Positions 43,176 to 55,511 of a stretch of DNA of 64,000 nucleotides are shown here, piece by piece. Position numbers and translations under genes: made by a program. The notes beneath the pieces were generated by a model. It searched no databases and had not been told where the DNA came from. It was given only the letters and a program-made list of their open reading frames with translations. Source of the stretch: an uncultured Clostridia bacterium (GTDB lineage: Bacteria; Bacillota; Clostridia; TANB77; CAG-508); NCBI GenBank assembly GCA_947626735.1, contig CANQTK010000001.1, forward strand, positions 4,405 through 68,404, in the 5' to 3' direction. The stretch's first letter is position 1; each line of letters opens with the position of its first letter.

Positions 43176-46100
43176 TTATTTAGCAATTTTTTCTTTTTCT
43201 ACTATATTTTCAATTTCTACGGCCTTTTTTAATTTATTTTGATTATTTAAATTATCTTTGGCAACTGTCATAAGTAACTTAATTCTATTGGTTTGGTTTG
43301 CCTCACTAGCACCTGGATCATAGTCAATAGGAGAAATATTAGCTTCTGGGTATTTATTTCGAATGGTTTTAATTACTCCTTTTCCTACTACATGGTTTGG
43401 AAGGCAAGCAAATGGTTGAACACACACGATATTTGGAATACCATGCTCCATATATTCTATCATTTCGGCAGTTAAGAACCAACCTTCACCCGTTTGGTTA
43501 CCAATCGATAGAACATCTTTTACTTGATCTTCTAAGTGCCAAATATCACAAGGTTGTAAATAACCTTTTTTAGAATTAGCTAGTGCAATACGTACATCTT
43601 TTTCCAAAATATCTATTAATTTAATGGCTGTTTTGAAAATTTTTGCTTTTAATGGGTCTGTTTTAATAAGTTGATTAAATGTAATTTTATGTGTTGCAAT
43701 AAATTTTACAAATCCCATAAAATCAGGAAGAATCACTTCTGCGCCTTCTTCTTCTAATTTATTAGCAACAAAATTATTGCCGAATGGGTGATATTTAATT
43801 AACACTTCTCCTACAATTCCTACTTTTGGTTTTGGAACAGAAGTATCAAGCTCAATTTTTTCAAAATCATTTACAATATCATAAATACTTTGTTTAAATT
43901 CACTCATGGTTGATTTTTCAAGAAGTTTCTTACATTTTTCCATCCAAGTATCAAATAATTTTTGCGTTTCCCCTTTATTTACTTCATAAGCTCTATTTTT
44001 TGTAAGCATTTTTTGAAGTAAATCGGCATATACAACCATTTTTAGTAATCTTTCAACTAATGGAAGTGTAATTTTAAAGCCTGGCATTTTTTCCATACCA
44101 ACTACATTGAAAGAAATGACAGGAACTTTTTCAAATCCAGCATCTTTTAATGCTTTACGAATAAATCCTATATAGTTTGTTGCTCTACATCCTCCACCTG
44201 TTTGTGACATAATTAAAGCAGTTCTATCTAAATCGTATTTTCCAGATTGAAGTGCTTCAATCATTTGCCCAGTGGTTAAAATAGAAGGGTAACAAGCATC
44301 GTTATTAACATATTTTAAACCAGTTTCTACCGTATGGTCTGTGCATTCTCGTAATAATTCTACTTTATAGCCAGAAGATTTAACGGCCGCTTCCAATAAT
44401 TCAAAATGAATTGGTGCCATTTGTGGAATGAGAATGGTATAATCTTTTTTCATATCTTTCGTGAAAATAACTTTATTACATTCATAATTTCCGTCTTCTT
44501 GTTTTAAGTTTAATGTTTCACGTTTTTTCATACTAGCTAAAAGTGAACGAATACGAATACGTACAGCACCTAAGTTGTTAATTTCATCAATTTTAATTAA
44601 AGTGTACATTTTACCATAGCTTGATAAAATTTCTTCTACTTGGTCTGTTGTAACAGCATCCACACCACAACCAAAAGAATTTAACTGTACTAGCTCTAAA
44701 TTATTGTGTTTTCCTACGAAATCTGCTGCTGCATATAATCTTGCATGATAAACCCATTGGTCTACTACTCTTAAAGGTCGTTTCGCTTCGGTTAAATGTG
44801 AAACACTATCCTCGGTTAATACGCAAAGTCCTAGAGAAGTAATTAAAGTATCAATTCCGTGATTAATTTCAGGGTCAGTATGATAAGGTCTACCTGCTAA
44901 TACAATACCATGTAATTTATTATCATTCATGTATTTTAGCGTTTCTTCGCCTTTTTTACGAATGTCATTTTTATAGTTTTGATATTCTTCTTCTGCTTTT
45001 TTAGCTGCTTCTAGTAGTTCTTTTTTCGTAAAATGATATCTTTTAAACTCTAGTAAATCCATCATTGTTTCTGCTAAATGCTTGCTTTCGAAAGGTAAGA
45101 ATGGATTTAAGAAAGTAATTTTTTTATCTTGTAATTCTTCTACATTGTTTTTTAATACTTCTGAATAAGAAATAACAATAGGGCAGTTGTAATGGTTGTC
45201 TGCTTTTTTGTATTCTTTTCGAGAATAAGGAACACAAGGATAAAAAATCGTAGTAATTCCTTGTTTGATTAAAGATACTATATGACCATGCGAAAGCTTA
45301 GCAGGGTAGCAAACAGATTCTGATGGCATAGATTCCATTCCTTTTTCATAGGTTTTTCTATTACTTTTTTCAGAAAGAATAACACGAAAACCTAAATTAG
45401 TAAGGAAGGTAAACCAGAAAGGATAATCTTCATACATATTTAAAACTCTAGGAATTCCAATGGTTCCACGAGGAGCCTTATCTTCTTCTAAAGGAGTGTA
45501 GGAAAATAATCTCTCATATTTATATTTCATTACATTTGGTAAATTCTTTGTTTCAGAAACAATACCAGCACCTTTTTCACAACGATTTCCAGAAATATGT
45601 TTTGCTCCATTGCTAAATTTGTTAATCGTAAGCAAGCAGTGGTTTTCACATCCATTGCAACGAACATGAGAAGTGGTAATTTCTAGTTTATCTAATTCTT
45701 CTAATCCTAAAAGGGTAGAATGATATTCCATATCTAAATTTGCTTCGTATTGTTCTTTAGAAAGTAAAGCGGCACCATAAGCACCCATTAAACCTGCAAT
45801 ATCTGGTCTTACTACGTTTCTTCCTACAATTAACTCGAAAGCGCGAAGAACAGCATCATTATAGAATGTTCCACCTTGTACTACAATATGGGCTCCTAAG
45901 GTTTTCACATCTCTTACTTTCATTACTTTTTGAATGGCATTTTTTATAACTGAGTAAGAAAGTCCTGCTGAAATATCGCCTACGCTATAACCTTCTTTTT
46001 GTGCTTGTTTAATTTTCGAATTCATGAAAACAGTACAACGAGAACCCAAATCCACTGGTTTTCTTGCTTCTAAGGCACTTTCTACAAACTCTTCAATGGA

Positions 46101-47487
46101 AAGATTTAAGCTTTTCGCAAAGGTTTCAATAAAAGAACCACAGCCAGAAGAACAAGCTTCATTTAGCATAATATTATCAATGGCGCCATTTTTCATACGG
46201 ATATATTTCATATCTTGCCCACCAATATCCACAATACTAGTTACTTTTGGCATAAATTCTTTGGCAGCTGTATAGTGAGCAATGGTTTCAATTTCATTTA
46301 AGTCTACATTTAAAGCAGTTTGAATTAGCTTTTCGCCATAACCTGTAACACCACTATAACGAATAATCGCTTCTTTTGGAAGAACGGAATATAGTTGTTT
46401 CAACATTTTAATTACACTTTGCAAAGGATTTCCTTCATTGCTTCCATATAAAGAGTATAAAAGTGTTCCTTCTCTATCGATAACGACTAATTTTGTTGTA
46501 GTAGAACCAGCATCAATTCCAACAAAGACATCTCCTTTAAAGTTGGTAAGCTCTCCTTTTTTAACTTGATCTTTTTCATGTCTTTTTTTAAATTCTTCGT
46601 ATTCGATATCTGTTTTAAATAAAGGAGCTAAAGGGTGAGTGGTATCATCATGGGAATTTCTTAATACTTCGATTTTACTTTTTAATTTTTCATTAGAAAT
46701 AGGATGTGCTTCTAAAGAATCTAAAGCAGCTCCTTTTGCTACTAATAAATGAGCTTCTTCTGGAACGATAATATGTTCTTCATCTAAATGAAGAGTTTCA
46801 ATAAAGCGGTTGCGAAGTTCAGATAAATAATTTAAAGGACCACCTAAAAAGGCAACGGTTCCACGAATCGGTCTTCCGCTGTGCTAAACCACTAATGGTT
46901 TGATTTACTACAGCTTGGAAGATGGAAGCTGCAATATCTTCTTTGGCAGCACCTTCATTTAATAAAGGTTGAATATCGGTTTTGGCAAAAACACCACAAC
47001 GAGAAGCAATTGGGTAAATCATTTTATGGTTTTTAGCAAGTTCATTTAAGCCTTCGGTATCGGTATTTAATAAAGATGCCATTTGATCAATGAAAGCACC
47101 AGTACCACCAGCACAAGTTCCATTCATACGTTGTTCAATCGATTTATCAAAGTAAATAATTTTAGCATCTTCTCCACCAAGTTCAATTACAACATCGGTT
47201 TTTGGAATATATTTTTCTACTGCTCTTTTACAAGAAACCACCTCTTGAATAAAAGGTAAGTCTAGAAATTTGGCTGCTGACATAGCACCAGAGCCAGTTA
47301 AAGCAACAGTAAATTCACAGTTTTGATATTGATTAATTAATTCTTCTAATACATGACAAACCGTATTTTTTGTATCAGAAAAATGGCGTTGATAGTTAGA
47401 ATAAATCACATTTAAATCTTCATCCATTACAACAATTTTAACAGTAGTGGATCCAACATCTAGTCCAACATGTAATAAATTACTCAT
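43176..47487 (-). pseudogene. fused acyl-CoA dehydratase activase / 2-hydroxyacyl-CoA dehydratase-family protein (~1430 aa if intact), broken by a 1-nt frameshift near 46880
   Basis: BadF/BcrA-type ATPase motifs (LDVGSTTVK, GIDAGSTTTK) and C-terminal HgdB/BcrC-like domains. The frames join as ISGLAQ then GRPIRGTVAFLGGPLN once one nucleotide is removed from CAG-C-GGA. Confidence 0.65.
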
Positions 47488-47969
47488 ATCTATCTATTTA
47501 TCTCCTTTCTTTTTCCTTATTTATCGTAAGGTAAAAGTTAGTTAAAATCACCTATAATTGTATACGGAAATAGGCGTTTTGTCAAACCTTTTCCTAATAA
47601 TTTTAATAGGTAAAATGTGGAAAAAAATCGTGTAAACATTAAAATAACCTTTTGCATTCTATTTCAAAACCAAAAGACATCCTATGTTTTTAAGATACTG
47701 TTTACTTAAAAATATTAAATTAATAAAATTAGCTAATAAAAATAAAAGAATAAAGAAAAAAAGATAAAATTAAATTAAATAATAAATATAATACAAAGTA
47801 TTGACTTATAAGTAAAACATTAGTAAAATAGAAATACAAAAAGTATTAACTTATAAACATAATATTATTTTGTAAAAAGAGAAAAAATAGTATAAAAAAC
47901 AGAGAAAGAATAAAACTAAAAAAAGAATATTAAAAAGTAATAGAAAAAGACACAAAGGAGGAAAAAAAG

Positions 47970-48905
47970 ATGAAGAACAACAAAAGGCAAAGCAAAAACT
48001 TAGTAAATAGTAATATAAAAAGAACGAAACATAGCAAAGGAATTACGTTAGTAGCATTAGTGATAACAATTATCGTATTAATTATTTTAGCAGGGGTAAG
48101 TATTAATTTAGTACTAGGAGAAAACGGCGTTTTTAAAAGAGCAATCGAGGCAAGAGAGTTATATGAAAAAAGTAGTAAAGAGGAGCAAGAAGAGATAAAC
48201 CAATTTCTAGATAGTATGGACTTAGCATTATATGTACAAAACGGTTTATTAGTACAATACGATGCTATTAATAATACGGGAAGTGGACATGACAGTAAAG
48301 CAACTACTTGGAAAAACTTAGCGCAAAATGATTCCTATGATGCACAGATTCATGGGGCGAGCGTAGAGTCCAATTGTATTTCCTTAGATGGGATAGACGA
48401 TTGGATAGGAATTGGACAAGTCGATACAAATTCACCTTTAACATTAGAAACTACTATAAAATTTAATGATTTTTTAGCAGGACAAAACAAATTTATTTCC
48501 AATACACAGGTTGGTGGAATTGCAGTTTGGGTAGAAAAAAATAAATTATGCTTGTGCATTGGAAGAAAAACAGAGGAATCTGCTTCTAATAATTATATTA
48601 ACTTAAATATTCCAGTTGATATACTACAAAAAACGGTTCATGTAGCGATAACTTTTGATGGTACTAGTGTAAAAGTTTATATGAATGGTGAGAAAAAAGG
48701 AGAAGTACCTTTTATTGGAATATATGTAGAACCTCAGGAAAATACCATTATGACATTAGGCGCAGAACCATACGGAGAAAAGGCATCAAGTGGTTACTCT
48801 AATATGAATATATACAGCTGTCGAATTTATAAAAATGCATTAACCGAAGAAGAAATAAAAAATAATTATCAACTAGATAAGCAAAGATATATAGATGAGA
48901 AATAA
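47970..48905 (+). CDS. pilin-like N-terminal TM segment fused to a LamG (concanavalin-like lectin) domain, paralog 1
   Basis: N-terminus KGITLVALVITIIVLIILAGVS and C-terminal LamG pattern ...TFDGTSVKVYMNGEKKGE...NIYSCRIYKNALTEEEIKNNYQL. Confidence 0.55.
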   Translation: MKNNKRQSKNLVNSNIKRTKHSKGITLVALVITIIVLIILAGVSINLVLGENGVFKRAIEARELYEKSSKEEQEEINQFLDSMDLALYVQNGLLVQYDAINNTGSGHDSKATTWKNLAQNDSYDAQIHGASVESNCISLDGIDDWIGIGQVDTNSPLTLETTIKFNDFLAGQNKFISNTQVGGIAVWVEKNKLCLCIGRKTEESASNNYINLNIPVDILQKTVHVAITFDGTSVKVYMNGEKKGEVPFIGIYVEPQENTIMTLGAEPYGEKASSGYSNMNIYSCRIYKNALTEEEIKNNYQLDKQRYIDEK

Positions 48906-49001
48906 ATTTTGAAAGAAAAACAGGATGTGAAATTTGATAAGTCTTGTTCTAAAAGTAACTTGTCTAACATAGGAATGTAAAAAGAAAAAGGAGGCAAAAC
49001 T

Positions 49002-49556
49002 ATGTTAGATAAAAAAAGAATCTTAGTAGTGACAATAGCAATTTTTTTCATTAGTATAGTTGTTTTAGGAGTTTATTTCTTTAGAGGAAAAAAGGGAGAA
49101 GAGGAAATGACAGAATATACACCACAAGAAGAAATAACCGATGCGCAAATGAGGCAGACTATTGTTTCTTTATACTTTAAAAAAGAAAATGCATTAATAC
49201 CAGAAGCAAGGCTAATCGATGTGAAAGAATTAATCGATAATCCTTATGAAAAAATAGTAAATATGTTAATAGAAGGACCAAAAAATGAAAATTTGCAAAA
49301 AACAATTCCAGAAGGCACAAAAATAAATAAAATAGAAAAAGAAGGAGAAATTTTAATTTTAGATTTTAGTCAAGAATTTATTTTAAATCATATTGGTGGT
49401 GAACAAGAAGAAAAAATAACGTTGCAATCAATTGTAAAAACAGTAACGGAATTAACCGAAATAAATGGAATTAAAATAAAAATTAATGGAGAAGAAAATA
49501 AAGAATTTAAAGATGGAAAAATAAAATTTGATCAAGTTTTTAATCGAGAATTTTAA
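49002..49556 (+). CDS. GerMN-domain (sporulation/germination) lipoprotein-like protein
   Basis: N-terminal TM anchor and the GerMN pattern ...LYFKKENALIPEAR...ILILDFSQEF. Confidence 0.55.
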   Translation: MLDKKRILVVTIAIFFISIVVLGVYFFRGKKGEEEMTEYTPQEEITDAQMRQTIVSLYFKKENALIPEARLIDVKELIDNPYEKIVNMLIEGPKNENLQKTIPEGTKINKIEKEGEILILDFSQEFILNHIGGEQEEKITLQSIVKTVTELTEINGIKIKINGEENKEFKDGKIKFDQVFNREF

Positions 49557-49567
49557 AAATAAAAAAG

Positions 49568-49602
49568 GAATTAAGTAAAATAAAAAGCTTAATTCTATTT
49601 TT
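49568..49602 (+). terminator. hairpin GAATTAAG...CTTAATTC plus T-run
   Basis: It is repeated, almost identically, after paralog 2 at 51066-51102. Confidence 0.5.
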
Positions 49603-50076
49603 TATTTATGATAATTAAATTATTTTAAAAATTTATATAAATTAATACATTTTGTTACTTTTTTTAAATTGCATAAAAAGTTTTCTACTTCAAATAAAGA
49701 ATTTAAAGGAGAGCAAAAATCATGATTATTTTTTTTATTGGAAGAATAAATATTATTACAATGAGATTGATTTTTTTGATATCCACTTATTTTCATAAAA
49801 ACACCTACTAAAATTTATTATTATATTATATGTAAAAAAGTAAAATAAGTGCAAAATGCAAAAAAGAAAAGACTTGACTAAGAAGTAAGGAAATAGTAAA
49901 ATAAAAACGTAAGTTGTAATAACTGTTAAACATAATATTATTTTGTAAAAAGAAAAAAATTAGTATAAAAAACAGAGAAAAAATAATACTAAAAAATAAC
50001 ATTAATAGGCACAAAAGATGAAGTTTAGGGTTAACTTTAAACCCTGAATATAGGATACAGGGAGGAAAGGAAAAAA

Positions 50077-51003
50077 GTGAAGAAAGACAAAAACAGAAAC
50101 TTAGTAAAAAATAATATAAAAAAAACAAAATATAACAAAGGAATTACGTTAGTGGCATTAGTGATTACCATTATCGTATTAATTATTTTAGCAGGGGTAA
50201 GTATTAATTTAGTACTAGGAGAAAACGGCGTTTTTAAAAGAGCAATCGAGGCAAGAGAGTTATATGAAAAAAGTAGTAAGGAGGAACAAGAAGAGATTAA
50301 TCAATTTTTAGATAGTATGGACTTAGCATTATATGTACAAAATGGTTTATTAGTACAATACGATGCTCTTAATAATACGGGAAGTGGACATGACAGTAAA
50401 GCAACTACTTGGAAAAACTTAGCACAAAATGATTCCTATGATGCACAGATCCATGGGGCAAGTATAGAGTCCAATTGTATTTCCTTAGATGGGATAGATG
50501 ATTGGATAGGAATTGGACAAATCGATACAAATTCACCTTTAACTTTAGAAGCCACAATAAAATTTAATGATTTTTCAAAAGGACAAAATAGAATTTTTTC
50601 TAATACTTTATATGGTGGAATAGCAATATGGGTAAATAATAAGAATAACTTGGAATTATACATTGGAAGTAAAACAACTGAATCTGCCTCTAATAACTAT
50701 TTTGATTTTATTGCTCCATTTGAAATAACACAAGAAATAGTTCATGTGGCGGTAACTTTTGATGGTACTAGTGTGAAAGTTTATATCAATGGCGAGAAAA
50801 AAGGAGAAAAATTATTTACTGGAATATATGTAAAGCCGGAAAAAAATACGATTATGGTATTAGGTGTAGAACCAGATGAAGAAAAACCAGTAGGATATTT
50901 CTCTAATATGAATATATATAGTTGTCGAATCTATAAAAAGGGATTAACAGAAGAAGAAATAAAAAATAATTATCAACTAGACAAACAAAGATATATAGAT
51001 TAA
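50077..51003 (+). CDS. pilin-like N-terminal TM segment fused to a LamG domain, paralog 2 (GTG start)
   Basis: Near-identical to paralog 1 over the first ~170 aa and diverged in the middle of the LamG domain. The ribosome-binding site is GGGAGGAAAGG. Confidence 0.55.
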   Translation: MKKDKNRNLVKNNIKKTKYNKGITLVALVITIIVLIILAGVSINLVLGENGVFKRAIEARELYEKSSKEEQEEINQFLDSMDLALYVQNGLLVQYDALNNTGSGHDSKATTWKNLAQNDSYDAQIHGASIESNCISLDGIDDWIGIGQIDTNSPLTLEATIKFNDFSKGQNRIFSNTLYGGIAIWVNNKNNLELYIGSKTTESASNNYFDFIAPFEITQEIVHVAVTFDGTSVKVYINGEKKGEKLFTGIYVKPEKNTIMVLGVEPDEEKPVGYFSNMNIYSCRIYKKGLTEEEIKNNYQLDKQRYID

Positions 51004-51065
51004 AAATAAATTTTAAAGGTCTTTTGAAAAGTAATTTACTAACATAGGAAGGAAGAGAAAAAAAT

Positions 51066-51102
51066 AGAATTAAGTAAAAAATAAAAAACTTAATTCTATT
51101 TT
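51066..51102 (+). terminator. hairpin GAATTAAG...CTTAATTC plus T-run
   Basis: Copy of the 49568 terminator. Confidence 0.5.
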
Positions 51103-51310
51103 TTTCGATAATGCAATAAGGAATTAAAATATAACATAAAAAAATTATAATAAAGTATTATTAGAAAAACGGTGATAATACAAATTAAAATTTAAAAAAA
51201 ATAATTTCAAAACTAAGTACAAGAAAATCGAAAAAATACAAAAACAAGAAAGATGAAAAAAGAAAAAAGATATGATATAATAGGCAAAAAAGAAAAAAGG
51301 AAAAGAAAAA

Positions 51311-52048
51311 ATGCAATTAAAAGAAAATGAAAGAATCGATGATTTAGAATATAAAGGGTTAAAAATAATTCAAAATAAAAATGGATTTTGCTTTGGTATC
51401 GATAGTGTTTTACTTTCTGACTTTGCAAAAGATATTCGCAATAATAGCATCGTACTAGATTTAGGAACGGGAACCGGTATTCTTAGTATTTTATTAACAG
51501 CGAAAACAAACTTAAAAAAAATTTATGGCATTGATATTCAAGAAGATGTCATAGAAATGGCAAAAAGAAGTGTAGTTTTAAATAGGTTAGAAGATAAAAT
51601 AGAAATGCTTCATAACAATGTAAAAGAGTTAGAAACCGTTTTTGAAAAAAATTCAATCGATAGTATTGTAACCAATCCACCCTATAAAAAAAGAAATACA
51701 GGAAAAACAAATGAAGCAGAAAATAAGTTCATTGCAAGACATGAAGTAAGCGCTACTTTAGAAGATTTTATAAGCATAAGCTTTTCTTTATTAAAAGATA
51801 AAGGAAATTTTTATATGGTACATAGGCCAGAAAGATTAGCAGAAATAATAGTTACCTTAAAGAAATATAAATTAGAACCAAAAAAAATTCGTTTTGTTCA
51901 TTCTACTTATGAAGAGGAGCCAAAATTAGTATTAATCAAAGCAGTAAAAAATGCAAAAGAATTTTTAAAGGTAGAAAAACCATTAATTGTATATGATAAT
52001 AAAGGACAATATACAGAAGAAATATTAAAAATATATAATAAAAATTGA
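51311..52048 (+). CDS. SAM-dependent N6-adenine methyltransferase, YabB/TrmN6-like
   Basis: NPPY motif (VTNPPYKK) and a Rossmann fold GTGTG. Same position as Bacillus yabB upstream of rsmI. Confidence 0.7.
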   Translation: MQLKENERIDDLEYKGLKIIQNKNGFCFGIDSVLLSDFAKDIRNNSIVLDLGTGTGILSILLTAKTNLKKIYGIDIQEDVIEMAKRSVVLNRLEDKIEMLHNNVKELETVFEKNSIDSIVTNPPYKKRNTGKTNEAENKFIARHEVSATLEDFISISFSLLKDKGNFYMVHRPERLAEIIVTLKKYKLEPKKIRFVHSTYEEEPKLVLIKAVKNAKEFLKVEKPLIVYDNKGQYTEEILKIYNKN

Positions 52049-52099
52049 AAAATACCAAAAGGGACAGATATACCAAAAGGAAACGTCCCTAAAAGGTAC

Positions 52100-52942
52100 A
52101 TGGAGGAAAAAATGAGTGGAAATTTATATTTAGTAGCAACACCAATTGGAAATTTAGAAGATATTACATTTCGAGCCATTCGCCTATTAAAAGAAGTTGA
52201 TTTAATTGCAGCAGAAGATACAAGACAAACTTTAAAATTATTAAATCATTATGATATTAAAACACCTTTCATTAGTTACCATAGGCACAATGAAGATGTA
52301 AGACAAGAAGAATTAATACAGAAATTAAAAGAAGGCAAAAATATTGCTTTGGTTTCGGATGCAGGAACGCCTGTTATTTCAGACCCTGGAGAAGTAATTG
52401 TAAAAGAAGCAATTAAAGAAAAGATAAAAGTCATTCCTATTCCTGGAGCATGTGCCTTAATTAATGCCCTTATTGCCTCGGGTTTAGATACGAAAGAGTT
52501 TGTTTTTTATGGATTTTTATCGTTAAATAAAAAATTAAGAAAAGAACAATTAGGAAGAATACAAAAAGAAAATAAAACGGCTATTTTATACGAAGCACCA
52601 CATAAATTAAAACAAACGTTAAAGGATTTAGAAGAAATATTAGAAAATAGACAAATAGTAATAGCAAGGGAGTTAACTAAAATTCATGAGGAATTTTTAA
52701 GAGGGACAACTAGTGAACTGATAGAAAAATACCAAGAACCAAAAGGAGAACATATTATTTTAATAGAAGCGAATCAGGAAAAAGAACAAACCAAAGAAGA
52801 AAAAATGAAAAAAGAAATGACTTTGGAAGAACATTATACCTATTATGAAAAACAAGGATTTACCAAAAATGAAATTATTAAGAAAATAGCAAAAGATAAA
52901 GGCGTAAGTAAAAATGAAATTTACCAAAAATTTATCAACTAA
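52100..52942 (+). CDS. rsmI: 16S rRNA 2'-O-ribose C1402 methyltransferase RsmI
   Basis: Tetrapyrrole-methylase fold with LYLVATPIGNLEDIT. Confidence 0.9.
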   Translation: MEEKMSGNLYLVATPIGNLEDITFRAIRLLKEVDLIAAEDTRQTLKLLNHYDIKTPFISYHRHNEDVRQEELIQKLKEGKNIALVSDAGTPVISDPGEVIVKEAIKEKIKVIPIPGACALINALIASGLDTKEFVFYGFLSLNKKLRKEQLGRIQKENKTAILYEAPHKLKQTLKDLEEILENRQIVIARELTKIHEEFLRGTTSELIEKYQEPKGEHIILIEANQEKEQTKEEKMKKEMTLEEHYTYYEKQGFTKNEIIKKIAKDKGVSKNEIYQKFIN

Positions 52943-53012
52943 AAAATACAATCCGAAATAAAAAACTTCAATCATGAAGTTTTTTATTTTGAATTGTATT
53001 TTATTCTTTTTC

Positions 53013-53291
53013 TTAATCTTCGTCAGCAATGGACTTAAGTTGTTTAATACATTTATTGCAAACAAGTTTATCTTTATAATTTGTTAATTTTTTTGTGTTT
53101 CCGCAAAAAAGACAAGATCTTTCATATTTTTTTAATACAATAGAAGAACCATCGACAAAAATTTCAATTGGGTCTTTTTCTACAATTTGAAATTGATTTC
53201 TAAGTTCAATAGGAATTACAACTCTACCTAATTCATCTACTCTTCTTATAATACCTGTTGATTTCATTTTATTTCCTCCTTTATTCGCCAT
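53013..53291 (-). CDS. abrB: AbrB-family transition-state regulator
   Basis: SpoVT/AbrB swapped-hairpin N-domain TGIIRRVDELGRVVIPIELR. Confidence 0.8.
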   Translation of the reverse strand: MANKGGNKMKSTGIIRRVDELGRVVIPIELRNQFQIVEKDPIEIFVDGSSIVLKKYERSCLFCGNTKKLTNYKDKLVCNKCIKQLKSIADED

Positions 53292-53538
53292 TTTTCGACA
53301 AAAAGTTCTATATTCATAATACCATAAAAGAAAATAAAACGCAATAAAAAATGGAAATCTTTTTAAAAAAGATGAAAAAAGTAGTAGAATTATGTTTTAC
53401 TTCCTATAGTAATAAAATAACACTATTAAGAATAAGCTTTAAAAGAAAAAAGGCAATATTTGTAATTTAAATACATTGTATCATAATAATATAAATAAGT
53501 AAATATTATTTTATAAGTTAATTTAGAAAAGAGGAAAT

Positions 53539-54156
53539 ATGTTAAATATTCTTTGGCCAATATTTATTTTAATTTCTTTTATTTATGCAATTTTAAAAGG
53601 AAATGTAGAGGCAATCAATCAATCCATTTTTGAATCAGCAGCAAACGCAGTACAATTGTGCATTACTTTTTTTGGAAGCCTTTGTTTATGGAATGGCATC
53701 ATGAAAATAGCACAAGAAACTAGTTTCACAGAAAAATTAACAAAATTATTAAAACCACTTATTAACTTTTTATTTCCAGAAAATAAAGATAATGAGAAGG
53801 CAAAAGAAGAAATTTCTATGAATATGATTGCTAATATTTTGGGCTTAGGCAATGCGGCTACCCCTTTAGGACTAAAAGCAATGAAAACGTTGCAAAAGGA
53901 AAATCCCCAAAAAGATACAGTATCCCATTCTATGGCTATGTTTATTGTCATTAATACAGCATCTTTGCAGTTAATTCCCACTACTGTCATTGCTATTCGC
54001 TCTTCTTTCAATTCAACAAATCCTACCCAAATAATTTTTCCCGTATGGGGAGCTACTATGGCTGCTTTTTTAACGGTCATTTTTACAACTAAATGGTGTA
54101 TTGCAATGGATAAAAGAAAAAATAGAAATCTTTTTAAAAAGAAGGAAGAAAAATGA
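53539..54156 (+). CDS. spmA: spore maturation protein A (nucleoside-recognition-domain membrane protein)
   Basis: Paired with spmB, which overlaps it by 4 nt. Confidence 0.75.
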   Translation: MLNILWPIFILISFIYAILKGNVEAINQSIFESAANAVQLCITFFGSLCLWNGIMKIAQETSFTEKLTKLLKPLINFLFPENKDNEKAKEEISMNMIANILGLGNAATPLGLKAMKTLQKENPQKDTVSHSMAMFIVINTASLQLIPTTVIAIRSSFNSTNPTQIIFPVWGATMAAFLTVIFTTKWCIAMDKRKNRNLFKKKEEK

Positions 54157-54680
54157 AAATTATCAATTTTATCTCATCTAGTGCTATTCCAATGATAATT
54201 GCTATTATTATTATTTATGGTTTATTAGAAAAAAATAAAGTATATGATACTTTTGTAGAAGGGGCAAAAGAAGGAATGGAAATTGTGGTGAAACTATTTC
54301 CTACTTTACTTGGTATTTTTATTGCAATAGGAGCTTTAAGAAGTTCGGGGGTGTTAGATTTTATCATTCAATTTATTTCTCCTCTTACGAATGTATTTCA
54401 TATTCCTAGTGAAATTATGCCACTTGCTATACTTCGCCCTATTTCAGGAAGTGCATCTACAGCCATTGCAACGGATATTCTAACCAATTTCGGTGTAGAT
54501 TCTAAAATTGGATTAATTGCTTCTACGATTATGGGTTCTACAGAAACTACTCTTTATACCATTGCTATCTATACAAGCTGTGTAGGCATAAAAAAAACAA
54601 GGTTTGTCCTTGCTTGTGCTCTTTTAGGAGATTTCGTAGGAATGCTGACTTCTGTAGTAATTTGGGGATTTTTGTCGTAA
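54153..54680 (+). CDS. spmB: spore maturation protein B
   Basis: Membrane protein directly after spmA. Confidence 0.75.
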   Translation: MKIINFISSSAIPMIIAIIIIYGLLEKNKVYDTFVEGAKEGMEIVVKLFPTLLGIFIAIGALRSSGVLDFIIQFISPLTNVFHIPSEIMPLAILRPISGSASTAIATDILTNFGVDSKIGLIASTIMGSTETTLYTIAIYTSCVGIKKTRFVLACALLGDFVGMLTSVVIWGFLS

Positions 54681-55020
54681 AGTTTTTCTTGACAAACAAG
54701 AAAATTTAAGATATTATGTATACATAATTTATTCAAGGAATAACGAAACATGTTCATTCAAATTTTATCATTCTTCTTACTGTATTTTTTTGTTCGAAGA
54801 ATTCAAATTATTTTTTGGTCTAAAAAAATCCAAAAAAAATTAAAAAATTAAATTGTTATTAATTTTGTAGAGGGATAAAAAAGTATTTCCTAGTAAATAA
54901 CTGATGATTTTGCCCCCTAAAAATTTCATCAACCTTTTTTTTAAAATATAATAGAATAAGCCCCTATTTATTTTATCTATCCTAACTTTTGATTTCCATC
55001 CCTCTACAAAACAAACTATA

Positions 55021-55500
55021 TTAATGATGATAAGTTTCACCGCTAGCAATTTTAAAAGCACGAAATAATTGTTCTAATAAAAACAAGCGAATTAATGGAT
55101 GAGGAAAAGTCATTTTAGAAAAACAAATGGATTCTTTCGCAGTCTTTAATAATTCTTCTGTCATTCCTAAAGTACCACCAATTAAAAAAGTAATATGGCT
55201 ATTACAATGAGAAAGTTGTTGTAATTTATTAGAAAATGCAATAGAATCGTAACTTTTTCCTTGTAAATCTAAAGCGATAACATAACTATCTTTTTTAATA
55301 CGAGCTAACATAGCTTTACTTTCTTTTTCCTTAATTTCTGCTTGAGTACTATCATTTAATTTGCTTGGTAATTTTTCATCGGGAAGCTCTATAATATGAA
55401 AAACACAATATTTCGAAAGACGTTTTTCATATTCTGCAATTGCTTCTTTTAAATAATTTTCTCGTATTTTACCAACACAAATAACATCAATATGTATCAT
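55021..55500 (-). CDS. rlmH: 23S rRNA (pseudouridine1915-N3)-methyltransferase RlmH
   Basis: 159-aa SPOUT methyltransferase. Confidence 0.9.
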   Translation of the reverse strand: MIHIDVICVGKIRENYLKEAIAEYEKRLSKYCVFHIIELPDEKLPSKLNDSTQAEIKEKESKAMLARIKKDSYVIALDLQGKSYDSIAFSNKLQQLSHCNSHITFLIGGTLGMTEELLKTAKESICFSKMTFPHPLIRLFLLEQLFRAFKIASGETYHH

Positions 55501-55511
55501 AAAAACCCTTT

